A DNA stretch of 63,054 nt, counting the filler, from Kipferlia bialata (taxonomy: Eukaryota): the NCBI GenBank assembly GCA_003568945.1. It is 6 parts of 6 records of this genome, joined end to end, with 100 filler letters (N's around TTAATTAATTAA, not from the genome) between each part and the next. Parts side by side here need not be neighbours in the genome. Positions count along the whole stretch, not along the records: positions 43,004 to 54,587 come from BDIP01001222.1; positions 54,688 to 63,054 come from BDIP01001227.1; 4 more parts are not named here. One strand, 5' to 3'. Under the pieces are notes generated by a model that was not told the DNA's origin, made no database searches, and worked only from the letters and a program-made list of their open reading frames with translations. Made by a program: the position numbers and the translations under genes. This document shows, piece after piece, positions 52,252 to 63,054 of the stretch; the stretch's first letter is position 1, and each line of letters starts with the position of its first letter.

Positions 52252-54324
52252 TATACCTTCCGCTAGAGAGTGCCTCTATCAATACATCGATGGATGCACT
52301 GGGGCACAGGCGCTCGGTCCAGGACACAAGGGACAGACCAATCAGACCACGGCGGGCAAGCTAGAGTCAGACTATAGTATACTAAGAATATACTACAAAC
52401 AGCATAAAGACCACGGCGGGCAATCTAGTGTAACAAGATAATGGTGAGACAGTAAGGAGATGTTAGCATTTGCCAATATATATACAAAGATGTCCGGAAG
52501 GGTTACGTAAACACAGACTGATACCTCGACGTTAGTGCTCTTGGCATGGGTGGTGAGGGCAGCCAGAAGGGCAGACCTGTACTTAGACTGAACAGTACAA
52601 ATATTACATATATTACACATATGTCCAGCTAGTTGGCATGGGTGGTGAGGGCAGCCAGAAGGGCAGACCTGGAATGAGAACAATGAGGACTAGAGTATAC
52701 CACAATGATATACCACATGATTATCATGGTCGATGCAAATGATAAGTGTATGAGGTAATACCTTCTAATGATAGCAAGACCATATCACTATGATGAGTAC
52801 ATATGTGTGTATATGTGTGTATATGAAGAGAAAAAGCCCGTACCTGCTGGGTGCGGAGGCGGGAAGGACCTCAAGGACGTAGCCTGGGGGGTAAGAAGTA
52901 TAAGAAATTACAAATACATTCAAGTATATACTGATAGACGGAAACATATGTGTGGGTGGGTGTACCTAGTGCAAGAGCTAGACCCTCCTCCTCCTCCCAG
53001 TTGTCAGAGTGTCTGCACAGGGCAGTGACACNNNNNNNNNNNNNNNNNNNNNNNNNNNNNNNNNNNNNNNNNNNNNNNNNNNNNNNNNNNNNNNNNNNNN
53101 NNNNNNNNNNNNNNNNNNNNNNNNNNNNNNNNNNNNNNNNNNNNNNNNNNNNNNNNNNNNNNNNNNNNNNNNNNNNNNNNNNNNNNNNNNNNNNNNNNNN
53201 NNNNNNNNNNNNNNNNCCAGTCCCTCCTCCTCCTCCCAGTTGTCAGAGTGTCTGCACAGGGCAGTGACACACTCCTCATAGACAGCCATGGAGAGAGAGA
53301 GAGACCGCACCATGGCATGGGCTAGGGTCTGGGCAGCGCCGTCTCTGACCTGAAGGTGAGAATATCGTACTATACGTAGGTATACAGATAGAAACTGTAT
53401 CTGTCTTTATATACAGTTTTCACTGACCTCTCTCTTAGTGTTGGCCAGCACGCTGATCAGGGTGTCGGTGCACCTGGGGTCAGGGGAATACGTGGCGACA
53501 AAGGGAGTTGGAATAGGGACAGAGAGACTATATATATCATTACACCGTATGATCCAGCCTGGAATATCAATATATGTATATGTAGACTATACCGACTATA
53601 TATACATGTATATACATATATATACATCTATATATATATATCTACATGTGAATACACCCACCTCTTGAGCATGGCTGGCTCCTGGACCTGTCTGACAACC
53701 TCCCTGGGGGTGAGGATATCAAATATAAATGTACATACAACGTACGCACACTAGGGGGTGAGGGAAGCAGCTACAATGGCTCTCCCTGGATATACTACAA
53801 CGTTGCATACAGTGGTAAAGAGAAATAGAATATGGGCACACATACTTATATATACATAGAGAAGGATAGAGAGAGAGCTTAATACCTGAGTGCGTGGGAC
53901 ACCAGGAGGTGGAAGTGCCAGTGAGTATAAATATATATATATAGATAGTGGTATTACAATAATATACCATATATATATATAGAGAGAGAGAGAGAGATTG
54001 GTACCTGAGTGCATGGGACACCAGGAGGTGGAAGTGCCAGTGGGGGAGCCTGAGGGTGAGAGAGCTGGGCAAGGGTAATATATATACTATCTCATAATAC
54101 ACACAACACACGTAAGAGTACAGAGTTATGTACGTACTCGAACATTGGGAGCACCACATCACACATATATCCACAAAGACTCACAATGGATACATTGTAT
54201 ATGTATAGAAAGAACATAGTATAGGTACGTACTCGAACATTGGGAGCACCACATCACACACAGTCTCTAGCCAGGGGACCAGGTTGGCGCCACTCTTCAG
54301 CAGCATGTCAACACGGGACCAGAC
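43513..54324 (-). CDS. Large HEAT/ARM-repeat-like helical protein (about 30 exons, 5' truncated, two gaps)
   Basis: Phase-consistent exons with HEAT-like motifs: KREVRDGAAQTLAHA, DNWEEEEGLALALG, SIECRRASASALAKV, EDWMSRHGLALSLAK, RHPSRPVRVSAQQTM; last exon DALANDTFSSECREDII* (TGA 43513-43515). Specific family not recognised. Confidence 0.7.
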
Positions 54325-54587
54325 CTGGTAATAAGTATATGTATAAGTATGGAGGTATATAGTAAGAAAAGTGATACGCTAAAATGAACATATATAATAT
54401 AGAATATATGGTTCAAGCAGCATGCTGTATCTTCAGCAGCATGTCAACACGGGACCAGACCTGATATGAGGAGAAGAGTACATAGTGACTCACATTCAGA
54501 TAGACACATACGGAAGAGGTACGTGTGGGGATGGGATGGAAAGGGGGGTGGGGGGGGGGGGGGGGGGGACACTCAACGGGTTTGAAA

Positions 54588-54687
54588 NNNNNNNNNNNNN
54601 NNNNNNNNNNNNNNNNNNNNNNNNNNNNNNNTTAATTAATTAANNNNNNNNNNNNNNNNNNNNNNNNNNNNNNNNNNNNNNNNNNNN
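54588..54687. other. Artificial contig-joining linker
   Basis: N44-TTAATTAATTAA-N44. Confidence 0.97.
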
Positions 54688-54701
54688 AGAGAAAGAAGAA
54701 A

Positions 54702-54733
<32 letters not shown>

Positions 54734-54768
54734 AGGAAGAGGGTCATCACACTCCAGTGCCCACTGAC

Positions 54769-57116
54769 CTAGCCCTCTCCTCCTTCAGTCTGAGGAGGTC
54801 TGCCTTGCGCTGTGCCTCCTGCTCCATGTTGAGTCTGTTCTTCTGCTCCAGCTGCTCCCTCCTGGCTATCACCATCTCGTCGTGGGCAGCCTGGTGTCAA
54901 TGGTACATACATATAGTAGGCCACGACACCTAATGGATACACCATACACATGTCTCCGTATTGGTATCCATCACTACACACACCTGGCTCTTCTTGGCCT
55001 TGTCCAGCTGCTCCTGCCTCCACTTGCGGTCCCTGGCCTCAGAGGCCCTTCTCAGACGCACAGTCTCCTCCTGGGGTCAGACACAACACACACGGAGCAA
55101 AAGAGAGGACAGAGGTGGGGGGGGGGGGATATACAGACAATGACACCCACCATCTCGAGTCTGTCCTGCACCCCGCTCTGCCTGTCCCCCAGGACACTGA
55201 TCTCCATGGCCCTGGCGGCCCTGGCGGCCTCCTTCTCTCTCTCCTGCTCTGCCTCTCTCTCGTCCTTGTTCTATAGGGTCAGGGGTGGGGGGGGGGGATC
55301 TATAATATATAGGGGTATAGGGCTGACAGGACACTAGGCCACATACACACTGACACCCACACACCTTGAGGTACTCCATGATCTGCATGTCCTCGAGTCT
55401 CTCTCTCTCCCTCTCCTTCTGCTTGATGGCCTCCACCTCTCCGTTCACCCTGTCCACCTCCTCCCTCAGACGCCTCTGCCTGCCAGTCAGAGGGTGGCAC
55501 AGTACACACAGACTGAGGGGGATATAGAGACACAACGGTGCAAAAGAGTGCGTGTATCGAATAGGTGGGAAAGCGGAGAGGCAGACATATTCCAGAGCAC
55601 ATAACTATGACACACACATATATATATACAATACACATATACACACACAAACACATATATATACTCCATTGGCACAGACACTCTCCCCACCTGGTTGCCT
55701 CCTCGCTCTTCTTCTGTGCCTCTGCCCTCTCCCTCTGCTCCAGCCTCATCTTGATGGCATCCATCTCCTGAAGCCTGGCCTCCTTCTGCAGCCTGCTCCT
55801 GAAGGGTCAGGGGGGGAGGGGGGTTGGGGAATAGAAACAGTCACTGCTAGAAGGAGTGGGATAGTAGTAAGTCAGGGGGGGGGGGGGGGGGGTCCTATTC
55901 TGACTCTACTGCATACACACACCCACCTCCTCTCCTGGTCCTCTATCTGCTGCTCAAGGGCAGCGGAGGCAGCCTTGACACGCTCATTGGCCAGCTCCTG
56001 AGGAGTCAGGGAGAATCAATAGAGAGTCTATACACAGTATATATTCATACAAATATGTGTGGAAACAGGCTCACAATTGGTGGAATCGGGGAGGGGGGGG
56101 GGGGTCTTTGACCATAGGATAGGAACACAGCACCGTACCGCCTTTCTCTTCTCCTCTGCAATGAATGCAGCGTGGTCTGCACTGATGCGCTCGGCGTCCT
56201 GACGATGAGACACCATGCAGGAAATACATGCAGGTATATACCACACTCCTCATTCATGAATCAGACACACACTCTGCAGTGTTCATGAGACACTAGTGCT
56301 CTCTATGGTGTGCATCCCATACCTTTGCCTTCTCCATGGCAGCACGCTCAGCAGCCCTGGGGTTGGTAAGGGGGGAAGGAAATAATGCCAGTATCGCGAA
56401 TGAAACAACAGCTATGCTGCCAAAAGGGCCCCTCCCCTACTGCATGTGCTGATACCTGGCCTTGAGGGCGACCTGTCTGTCTCTGACTGTGAACACCCTG
56501 GCCTGGACAGCTAAGGAGTCCATGCGCTTCACAAGGTCCTCGTCCTTATCACGCACGTCCTTGGCCTAGAGTCATGGAGACAGGCAATCAATTACCGGGG
56601 AACATACTGAAAAAGAGATCCAAACAGAGGATACGTACACTACACAGCAATGGAATAGAATATCCCGCAGAGACACTCTGTTCATTCTGAACCCCAATTA
56701 CAGTAGTAGAGCACGACAGACCCCCTAAACCATACCGATACAGAACTCACGACAGAAATAGCACTCACCTTCTTGATCATGGCCTTGTGGCGCCTAGCAG
56801 CCTCCAGCTCCACCTTGGTGGGCTGCTTTGGAGGCCTGCTGTTATCAGCAGCCTGGAGCCTCTTGTTGGCCTCCTCCTCCCTTCTCCTTCTCTCCTGCTG
56901 CCTCAGAGACTCCTTTGTCCTCATAGCAGAGTCCTCTGGCATGGCTGCTGCACGGATGATGTTGTAATGGCCCTCAGAAACGATAGATGTGTTTGGCTTG
57001 GACGTCAGACTGGACAGGACGCTTGCATTCACCACAGAAGAGCCTCCACGGCTCGACTGACGGCTGCCGGCCTTTGAGCTAGACCCAAATAGGCTCTCGT
57101 CCACAGATCTGGGCAT
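54769..57116 (-). CDS. CFAP45: Cilia/flagella-associated protein 45 (CCDC19; TPH coiled-coil), 3' truncated
   Basis: N-terminal VDESLFG motif; DEDLVKRMDSLAVQARVFTVRDRQV; EDMQIMEYLK; VRLRRASEARDRKWRQEQ; E/R/K-rich coiled coil across GT-AG exons. Confidence 0.82.
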
Positions 57117-57297
57117 CAACGCCTCCTTTCTTGGAGAGTCCCCCCCAATTTGGGGGCCCCAAAATCCAGCAGATAAGTTTTGGCAAAAACTATGCAAAAG
57201 GGTTCAGAGTTGACATGAGGCCTAAACAACTGCTCTAACCATACTAGGCCAAGTATCGCTCTCCAAGCAGAAAGAGAGTCGGGTTACACAATCAAAT

Positions 57298-59614
57298 ATG
57301 GCTGACCGGGAGTTGCTGGTGAAGTTGCGGCACATACGTGAGTTGCGACACCTTGAGTTGCGGGATTTAGTGAGACTTGAGTGGGATACTAAGGTAGGGA
57401 CCCCATCGAGCCGAATGTTTTGGTCTATATAGTGTGTTTGTATTGAAGTGCGTTGCAGTGCTCTTGTAGTTTTGTGCTTGTATGAGTTGTATGTCTGTAC
57501 TGTAACTATTACTCAGATACTAAGACACACTTCATCAACCTATATACTTGTATAGCTCTCTCCCCTCTGGATCCCTCCCTACAGTTCTGATAAGCACCCA
57601 CCACAGGAAGAGATCTTCAGTACCCTGTCTGACCGTGTGCATGACAGTGAGGAGAACCCTGTGACTGGCCTTGTGCATGAGTACAGCCGGGTCATGCTGC
57701 CGAGGAGGGGGGGTAGGGAGACGCGGCCCCAGCTGCAGCAGAGCATGTCCCCCTCTGTGGCAGGGGGGAGTGGCATAGCCTATCAGGAGGACTACCAGGT
57801 GAGACAGATTCATATTCACATACTATACTGGTCATCAAATACGGAGACTGTACAGTCTTTGGCCTGACTCACCCCAGGAGGCCTTTGCCGATGCAGCTGT
57901 GGGCACCATCCTGCCCTACATGCACATCATACAGACGCAGCAGAGGCAGGAGGCAGAGAGGGCGGGGGAGAGTGCCGTCCCCAGCCACTATGTCAACACT
58001 CTTGAGGATGTCAGTGGCCAGAGGCTGCTCAGAGATAGGGGTACGGGTCGTGTGTCTATTTTTGTATATGTATACCCATATGACACCAGGTGTGTGCTAC
58101 GACGTGATGTGGGGCTACCTTGACGCAGCGGAGGCCATGGTTAGGAAGGCAATGCCTAGACCAGGGGTACACGCACAGGAAGAGGGAGAAGGGGAGAGAG
58201 AGGGGGAAAGGGGTGGGGCACATGGGAGGGGGCGGGAGATGGAGGGACGCAGAGGCGGGGATAGACAGAATGGAAGGGGAGGGATGCAGCAGCAGGGAGA
58301 GAGGGAGAGAGAGAGAGAGACTAGGTCGAAGCCTATGGGCAGACGGACACCGCCCCCTGACATGGACATATACACCAAGGGGAGGGGTAGAGAGCAGGGT
58401 CAGACACCATCCAGAGGGCGTGTATCTAGGGAGGGACAGAGGGAGGGAGAGAGAGAGAGACCCAGGGAGAGGGAGACATCCAGGGGTACTGCTAGGTCTG
58501 GGGCCTCTGGGCGCAGGAAGCCCCCTGTCTCCAGACCCAAGGCCAAGCCTAGGGAGACGGAGGAGGAGGAGGCGAAGCGGGTGGAGTACGAGTCCCTGGC
58601 CTCGATGGTGGAGCATGCATCCAAGGCCGTGATGGAGAGGGTGAGGGAGGCAGACAGAGCAGACCTGGCAGCAGACCTGCTAAGGTATGGTGTATGTCGT
58701 GGATATTGGTAGGGGGGTGTATATATCTCTAACCAATAGGACCACCGTGCACTCTCTGGCCCTAGAGAGACAGCTGGCACAGTACAGGGCATGTCTGGAC
58801 GAGACAAAGGTGGGTGTGCACTGTGTTACAGAAATACACGTGGTAGTCCCCCCCCCCCCCCCTTCGCCTGTGCTTCCCTCACCTCCAGTCCCTGCTGAAC
58901 CGGGTGTCTGGGGATGTGATGCAGATAGACAGAGACGAGCTGTCCCACGCTGCGGCATCGCTGCTGACCAGGTATCACAAGCATAGGGATGGGTTATGGA
59001 ATTGTTGTATAATGCATCGTGAGTCCACACTGTTGCTTACCCCTAGGACCAATGCGGCCCCGGCAGGCGAGGCTGCCTCTATAGACTGCATGGGGGAGGG
59101 AGGGGGAGTACACATCACAGGTATACACGGGGGATGTTCGTGAGATGGGTTATCTATTCATACATACCCCCCACCCCCAGGCACCTCCCGGTCTGCCCTG
59201 GAGGCCAGGCTGGGCAGGGCATCTGATGCCGCAAACAGGCTCATGATCATGACACCCACCCTCAAGAGCACCCTGGCCAAGATGACCAAGGTGGGACTCT
59301 CACGAATAGTACATTACTGGTTGTATACCACTACTTCTGCCAATCTCTACCTCCACATACCCCCCCCCCCCTGACCCCTCAGTCTGAGGCCATTACCGAC
59401 TTTGTTGAGAGGTTCGACGTCCTAGTCTCCACCCTGGCAGAGGACTGCTCATACCTGGTCTCGAAGCCAAAGGTATGGATGGCACTGCATATCGGATAGC
59501 TGAGCGAGTATTGTTTGCAGACTGATATGTCTTCTAGTCGTTCTGACCTCTCAGGACTTCTTGGTCAGTGGCCAGGAGTTCGATGCCTGCTTCGATGCTC
59601 TCAGGAGGAGGTGA
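57298..59614 (+). CDS. Unknown multi-exon protein with central low-complexity G/R/E region
   Basis: MADRELLVKLRHIRELRHLELRDLVRLEWDTK|...HDSEENPVTGLVHEYSR...|EAFADAAVGTILPYMH...|VCYDVMWGYLDAAEAMVRK...|TTVHSLALERQLAQYRACLDETK|...SEAITDFVERFDVLVSTL...|DFLVSGQEFDACFDALRRR*; head-to-head with CFAP45. Confidence 0.7.
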
Positions 59615-59797
59615 CCTTGATGATCACCTTTTGTTTCTAGCTCGTTCCCTATAGTTTGCTTCTATATAGTATAGCGTCATAGATGTGTTGGTTGGGGCGT
59701 TTCACCGATCCCTGTCACTAATATGATGAAATGATTTGACTCGATATCTCTCAGTGTCCCAATCCACCCTTGGCGCACTCTCTTCTACTGTGCTGCC

Positions 59798-62259
59798 ATG
59801 TCAGTGGTCAGTGGGGTAGTTCCAACGCATGGGGTGAAGAGAGGGAGGGAGAGGGATGCAATTCTCCCGTTGGATCACCCTGCCAAGAGGGGAGGGCCAG
59901 ACAGCGCTACAGCTCCTGTAGAGCAAGACAGGGCGGAGGTGGGGTCTACAGTATACACAATCACTTCGCTATCTGGTAGTCAATCCCTATGTCTCTCTCT
60001 AGTGGTGTCACCTATTGACACGTATGACACACCAGTGAATGGGTGGGTACCACCATCTCAATCCAATTTGTGGCGCTCTCTGGACTCCACTCTATGCGTG
60101 TATTAGACACCCATTTTCGCATCCCCCACTTACTATAGGATGCTTCGACTGCGGCTGGCATTCCCCTGTCTAGTGAGGCCCATATCAGTGTGGGTGCAAT
60201 GAGCACCCGTGGATTGAGGTGGGTCTGGTCTAGTATCCACTCTGTGAACAACCTCTATGCTGTTCACACACAATTGGGGACACGTGTTGCGTTTGTGGTA
60301 TATAGGACTGTACACATCTTGCCCTCACCCCCCACCCCTCACACCTCACCCCTCACCCCCAGATCCTATCAGGAGGATGCATTCTGCGTCGTGCACCCCT
60401 TCCGAGGCGACCCAGCTCAGTCTCTCTTCTGTGTGTTTGATGGCCACGGGGGGGACCACGTGTCCCAGTTCGCTAGGGATACACTGCCAGGTACACGATG
60501 CGTGTAAGTCACACACATCACACTGTGACACGCTGATCTCTTGGGTCAGAACACACTGTCGTTTCACTCCTCACGTCTAGGCATGCTGGCTGAGGCCATG
60601 ACTGAACAGGAGACCATGGGGACCATCAGTTCGCTGGAGGACTATACTGCGGTATGGTGATTGCACTCTCTGAGTAACGCCCAGTGTGCGTATCCCCCCA
60701 CCCCCAGCTGTTCACTGATGTGTTCCATGCCGTTGACACTGCAGCCAAGGCCATGCTGGGCAGGCGGAACGGTGGCACCACGGTACGTATACGGTGTGCT
60801 CAGCATGTAGTGTGTAGAATACAGTGTGTACTGTGTTGTATGTAGTACATTATCGTCAATGTCTCCCCACGACCCCTCTGACCCAGGCCCTCGTTGTATA
60901 CAGATGTTGGTCTACCATAGTGACAGCGAGTGCCGGTGACTCTGTCGCTATGCTGCTTACAGGTAGGTGTCCGAGTATTATACATCAATATGCACAGTGC
61001 GTATTACTAAGGTATTTCATTGAGTCCTTCCTGGGCCAATATATACATAGCCCCCCCCCCCCCCTCTTTTCACCCCAGACACCCCCTCTGAGGCCACCCT
61101 CATCTCTGCTGTACACAATGTGGCACAGCCCGCTGAGTGCAAGAGGGTACTATCATTAGGTACATGCCAGATGCTACATATGGACCAGTGATTATGTGAC
61201 TATATACGTATACCTCAGTCATCTGTGACTCTAGGCGCCTCGGTACTAGGCCGGACCAGGCCCCGGAGGCTAACCCAGCTACCCAGTGCTGCACACTCAG
61301 ACGACACAGGGAGTGGTACAGAGGGTGCAGAGGGTGGGGTGGCAGGTGGCACACGACCTGGGACCCCCACAGACTCATGTACAGGCATCAGTGCTAACAC
61401 TGAGGGTCCTTCTCCTCCCCCCTCACCACCCCTTGCAGAGGGGACCAAGGGCACCTGCGCTGCTGGTCCAAGTGGCACTGCCCCCGAGCATGACTCACCT
61501 TCAACTGTGTCAACTGTGTCTCCCTACAGATACGTGTCCCCTGGCTACCTGCCCTGGCAGAGCTACCAACAGGACGGTTCGTGAGAGTGTATACAGGTCG
61601 ATTACACTCCCATCATCATTCCTGATACTTCACTTCATTTCTCTATTCGTCCCTTACATCTTACGTCAGGGAATCCGAGCTACTTCGCCGTCCCCACCCA
61701 TCCCCGTCTACTCAACGTAACGAGGGGGTTCGGCGGGGTTGGCTATGAGCCTGTGTTTATCTGTCAGCCTGAGGTCAGTGGCACAGACTTTGGTTTTCGC
61801 GTAGATTTGAAGTGTACGAATGGGTGTCTCACCCCAGGTACAGATGCACTCAATCACCCCCTCCCACACGTCCCTTGTGCTAGGCAGTGACGGTCTGCTC
61901 CCACACGACACTGACCCTGTCACCCTGGCACAGTGTCTGACTGACATGACACACACAGTGGCACATATGGGGGCAGGTGTGGTGGTTGGCCATGTGACAG
62001 TGACATACTCTCCTCCCCACCCTCTCCCTCTAACCCCCCAGCTGCCACTGCCCATTCCCTCGTGGCCATTGCCCTGCACTGTCTGTGGTCCAGTGACAAT
62101 GTGACAGCCATCGCTGTACAGTTCCACAATGGGGTGGCCCAGTCTGGCACACACCCTGACACACACCCTGACCCTGCCTCAGCCTGTCCCTTGTGTATGC
62201 CCCCTCCCAGTGCATTGGGAGATGCCATACTGGACTACTGTAGGACTATTCGAGAGTGA
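59798..62259 (+). CDS. PP2C/PPM-family protein phosphatase
   Basis: RGLRSYQEDA; LFCVFDGHGGDHVSQF; GGTTALVV; ASAGDSVAML; LLNVTRGFG; LVLGSDGL; SSDNVTAIAV; stop 62257-62259. Confidence 0.9.
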
Positions 62260-62462
62260 GTATTGTGAGTTCTAGTCAGCCATCGGTCAGATACAGTGGT
62301 TAATATCGTTCCAATCAATAGATTCGTTAGCCAATCAAATAGCATACTCGATACACATCAATACAATAAACAATATGTACTACCGACAGTCATTGGAATA
62401 CCCCATTACCAATGGGCAACTATTCACAATCTCTATAAGCCCTCATCCTCTCTCGTTAGACT

Positions 62463-63005
62463 CTACCGCCTTGTGGCTGAGATCCCCTCGGTTTCCACGA
62501 CAGTCTCTCTCTGCCTCACCTCTACCTCCGCCTCTACCTCAGTCTCTCCCTCCCCCTCAAGGTCCGTGTAGTATGTCTCGTAACCTGTGTCGACACTCTC
62601 GAACATAGCTGCCATCCTCTCTCTCTGCTCCCTCCTCTCCCTCTCCCCCTTGAGCGCAGGTGCCTTGTCCCCTCTGCCTCTCCTCCACCATGGGGCCTCC
62701 TGACCCTCGGGGCATGTCTCCAGCAGCACCCTCTCCACACTGCCATAGGAGTAGTCTGTGTCAGTGCCCTTGGGGGTGGCAGCTGCCATGGCGGCATAGA
62801 AGGCAGAGTGCCTGGCCCTGGCGTGAGGGGGGGTGTATCTATATATATCAGAGGGAAGGGGAGAGATCAGAGATAAACACCCACAAGTACGTGCCACTGG
62901 GTCGATAAGACCACTAGCAGCAGCGTCACCCACCTGAACACCGGGTCCTCCTCTGAGTACAGGTGGTCAGGGCAGGACCTCTTGCCACCCTTCAGGATGC
63001 ACACC
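62463..63005 (-). CDS. Last two exons of an unknown protein (5' part outside window)
   Basis: VCILKGGKRSCPDHLYSEEDPVF|RARHSAFYAAMAAATPKG...ETEGISATRR*; phase-2 junction AG|GTGGGT...CTCACGCCAG|G. VxILKGG is only weakly rhodanese-like. Confidence 0.55.
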
Positions 63006-63054
63006 CTGGGATAAGGGGGGGGGGGGGGGGGGGGGGTCTGGGGGGGAGGGGGAA

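Larger units (their letters stand above)
5390..54540. repeat. Dense intronic microsatellites (TA)n, (GA/CT)n, (CA/GT)n and G/C homopolymers
   Basis: Directly visible. Concentrated in EIF1AD, transporter, CCT2, MOK, HEAT and 18-23 kb genes; nearly absent from 1-5300. Confidence 0.97.

Noticed and set aside
5333..54174. Hundreds of six-frame ORFs rich in YI/SL/RE/X
   Set aside because: Translations of (TA)n/(CT)n microsatellites and N gaps; the real genes are spliced and only partly overlap these ORFs
43513..54324. Assignment of the HEAT-like gene to importin-beta, TBCD or GCN1
   Set aside because: Only generic HEAT-like motifs are visible; a profile search is needed
11599..54687. Repeated palindromic TTAATTAATTAA flanked by Ns; gene neighbourhoods across these points
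   Set aside because: Artificial six-frame-stop linkers. Segment lengths (11598, 11597, 11595, 7813, 11584, at least 8367) suggest roughly size-sorted unrelated contigs, so no synteny can be inferred across them.
4738..62465. Alternative genetic code (TAA/TAG = Gln as in hexamitid diplomonads)
   Set aside because: Reconstructed conserved genes have no in-frame TAR, Gln is CAG/CAA, and EIF1AD ends at TAA at the expected position

Overview
Eukaryotic, very intron-rich genomic DNA from a flagellated protist. My inference is a metamonad/fornicate such as Kipferlia, from branch points placed directly against the 3' splice site, (TA)n/(GA)n-filled introns and flagellar genes; I have not verified this. 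The window is six unrelated contigs joined by artificial 100-bp N44-TTAATTAATTAA-N44 linkers, plus internal N gaps. The supplied ORF track is mostly microsatellite noise, so I rebuilt genes by hand from GT-AG exons. Recognisable genes: EIF1AD, p47/Shp1-type UBA-SEP-UBX protein, APC-family (PUT/RMV1/POT1-like) polyamine transporter, CCT2, MOK/LF4 kinase, CFAP45, a PP2C phosphatase, a HEAT/ARM-like protein, and several unknown spliced genes. The most striking signal is a pervasive 'exon echo' system. Introns contain many truncated copies of the neighbouring exon end together with its splice site, in strict polarity. Many echoes differ from the live exon almost only at synonymous codon positions and keep GT/AG while the flanking intron sequence is unalignable. 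A recurrent (CT)n-CTACACCCTTA cap motif is associated with many acceptors and echoes.
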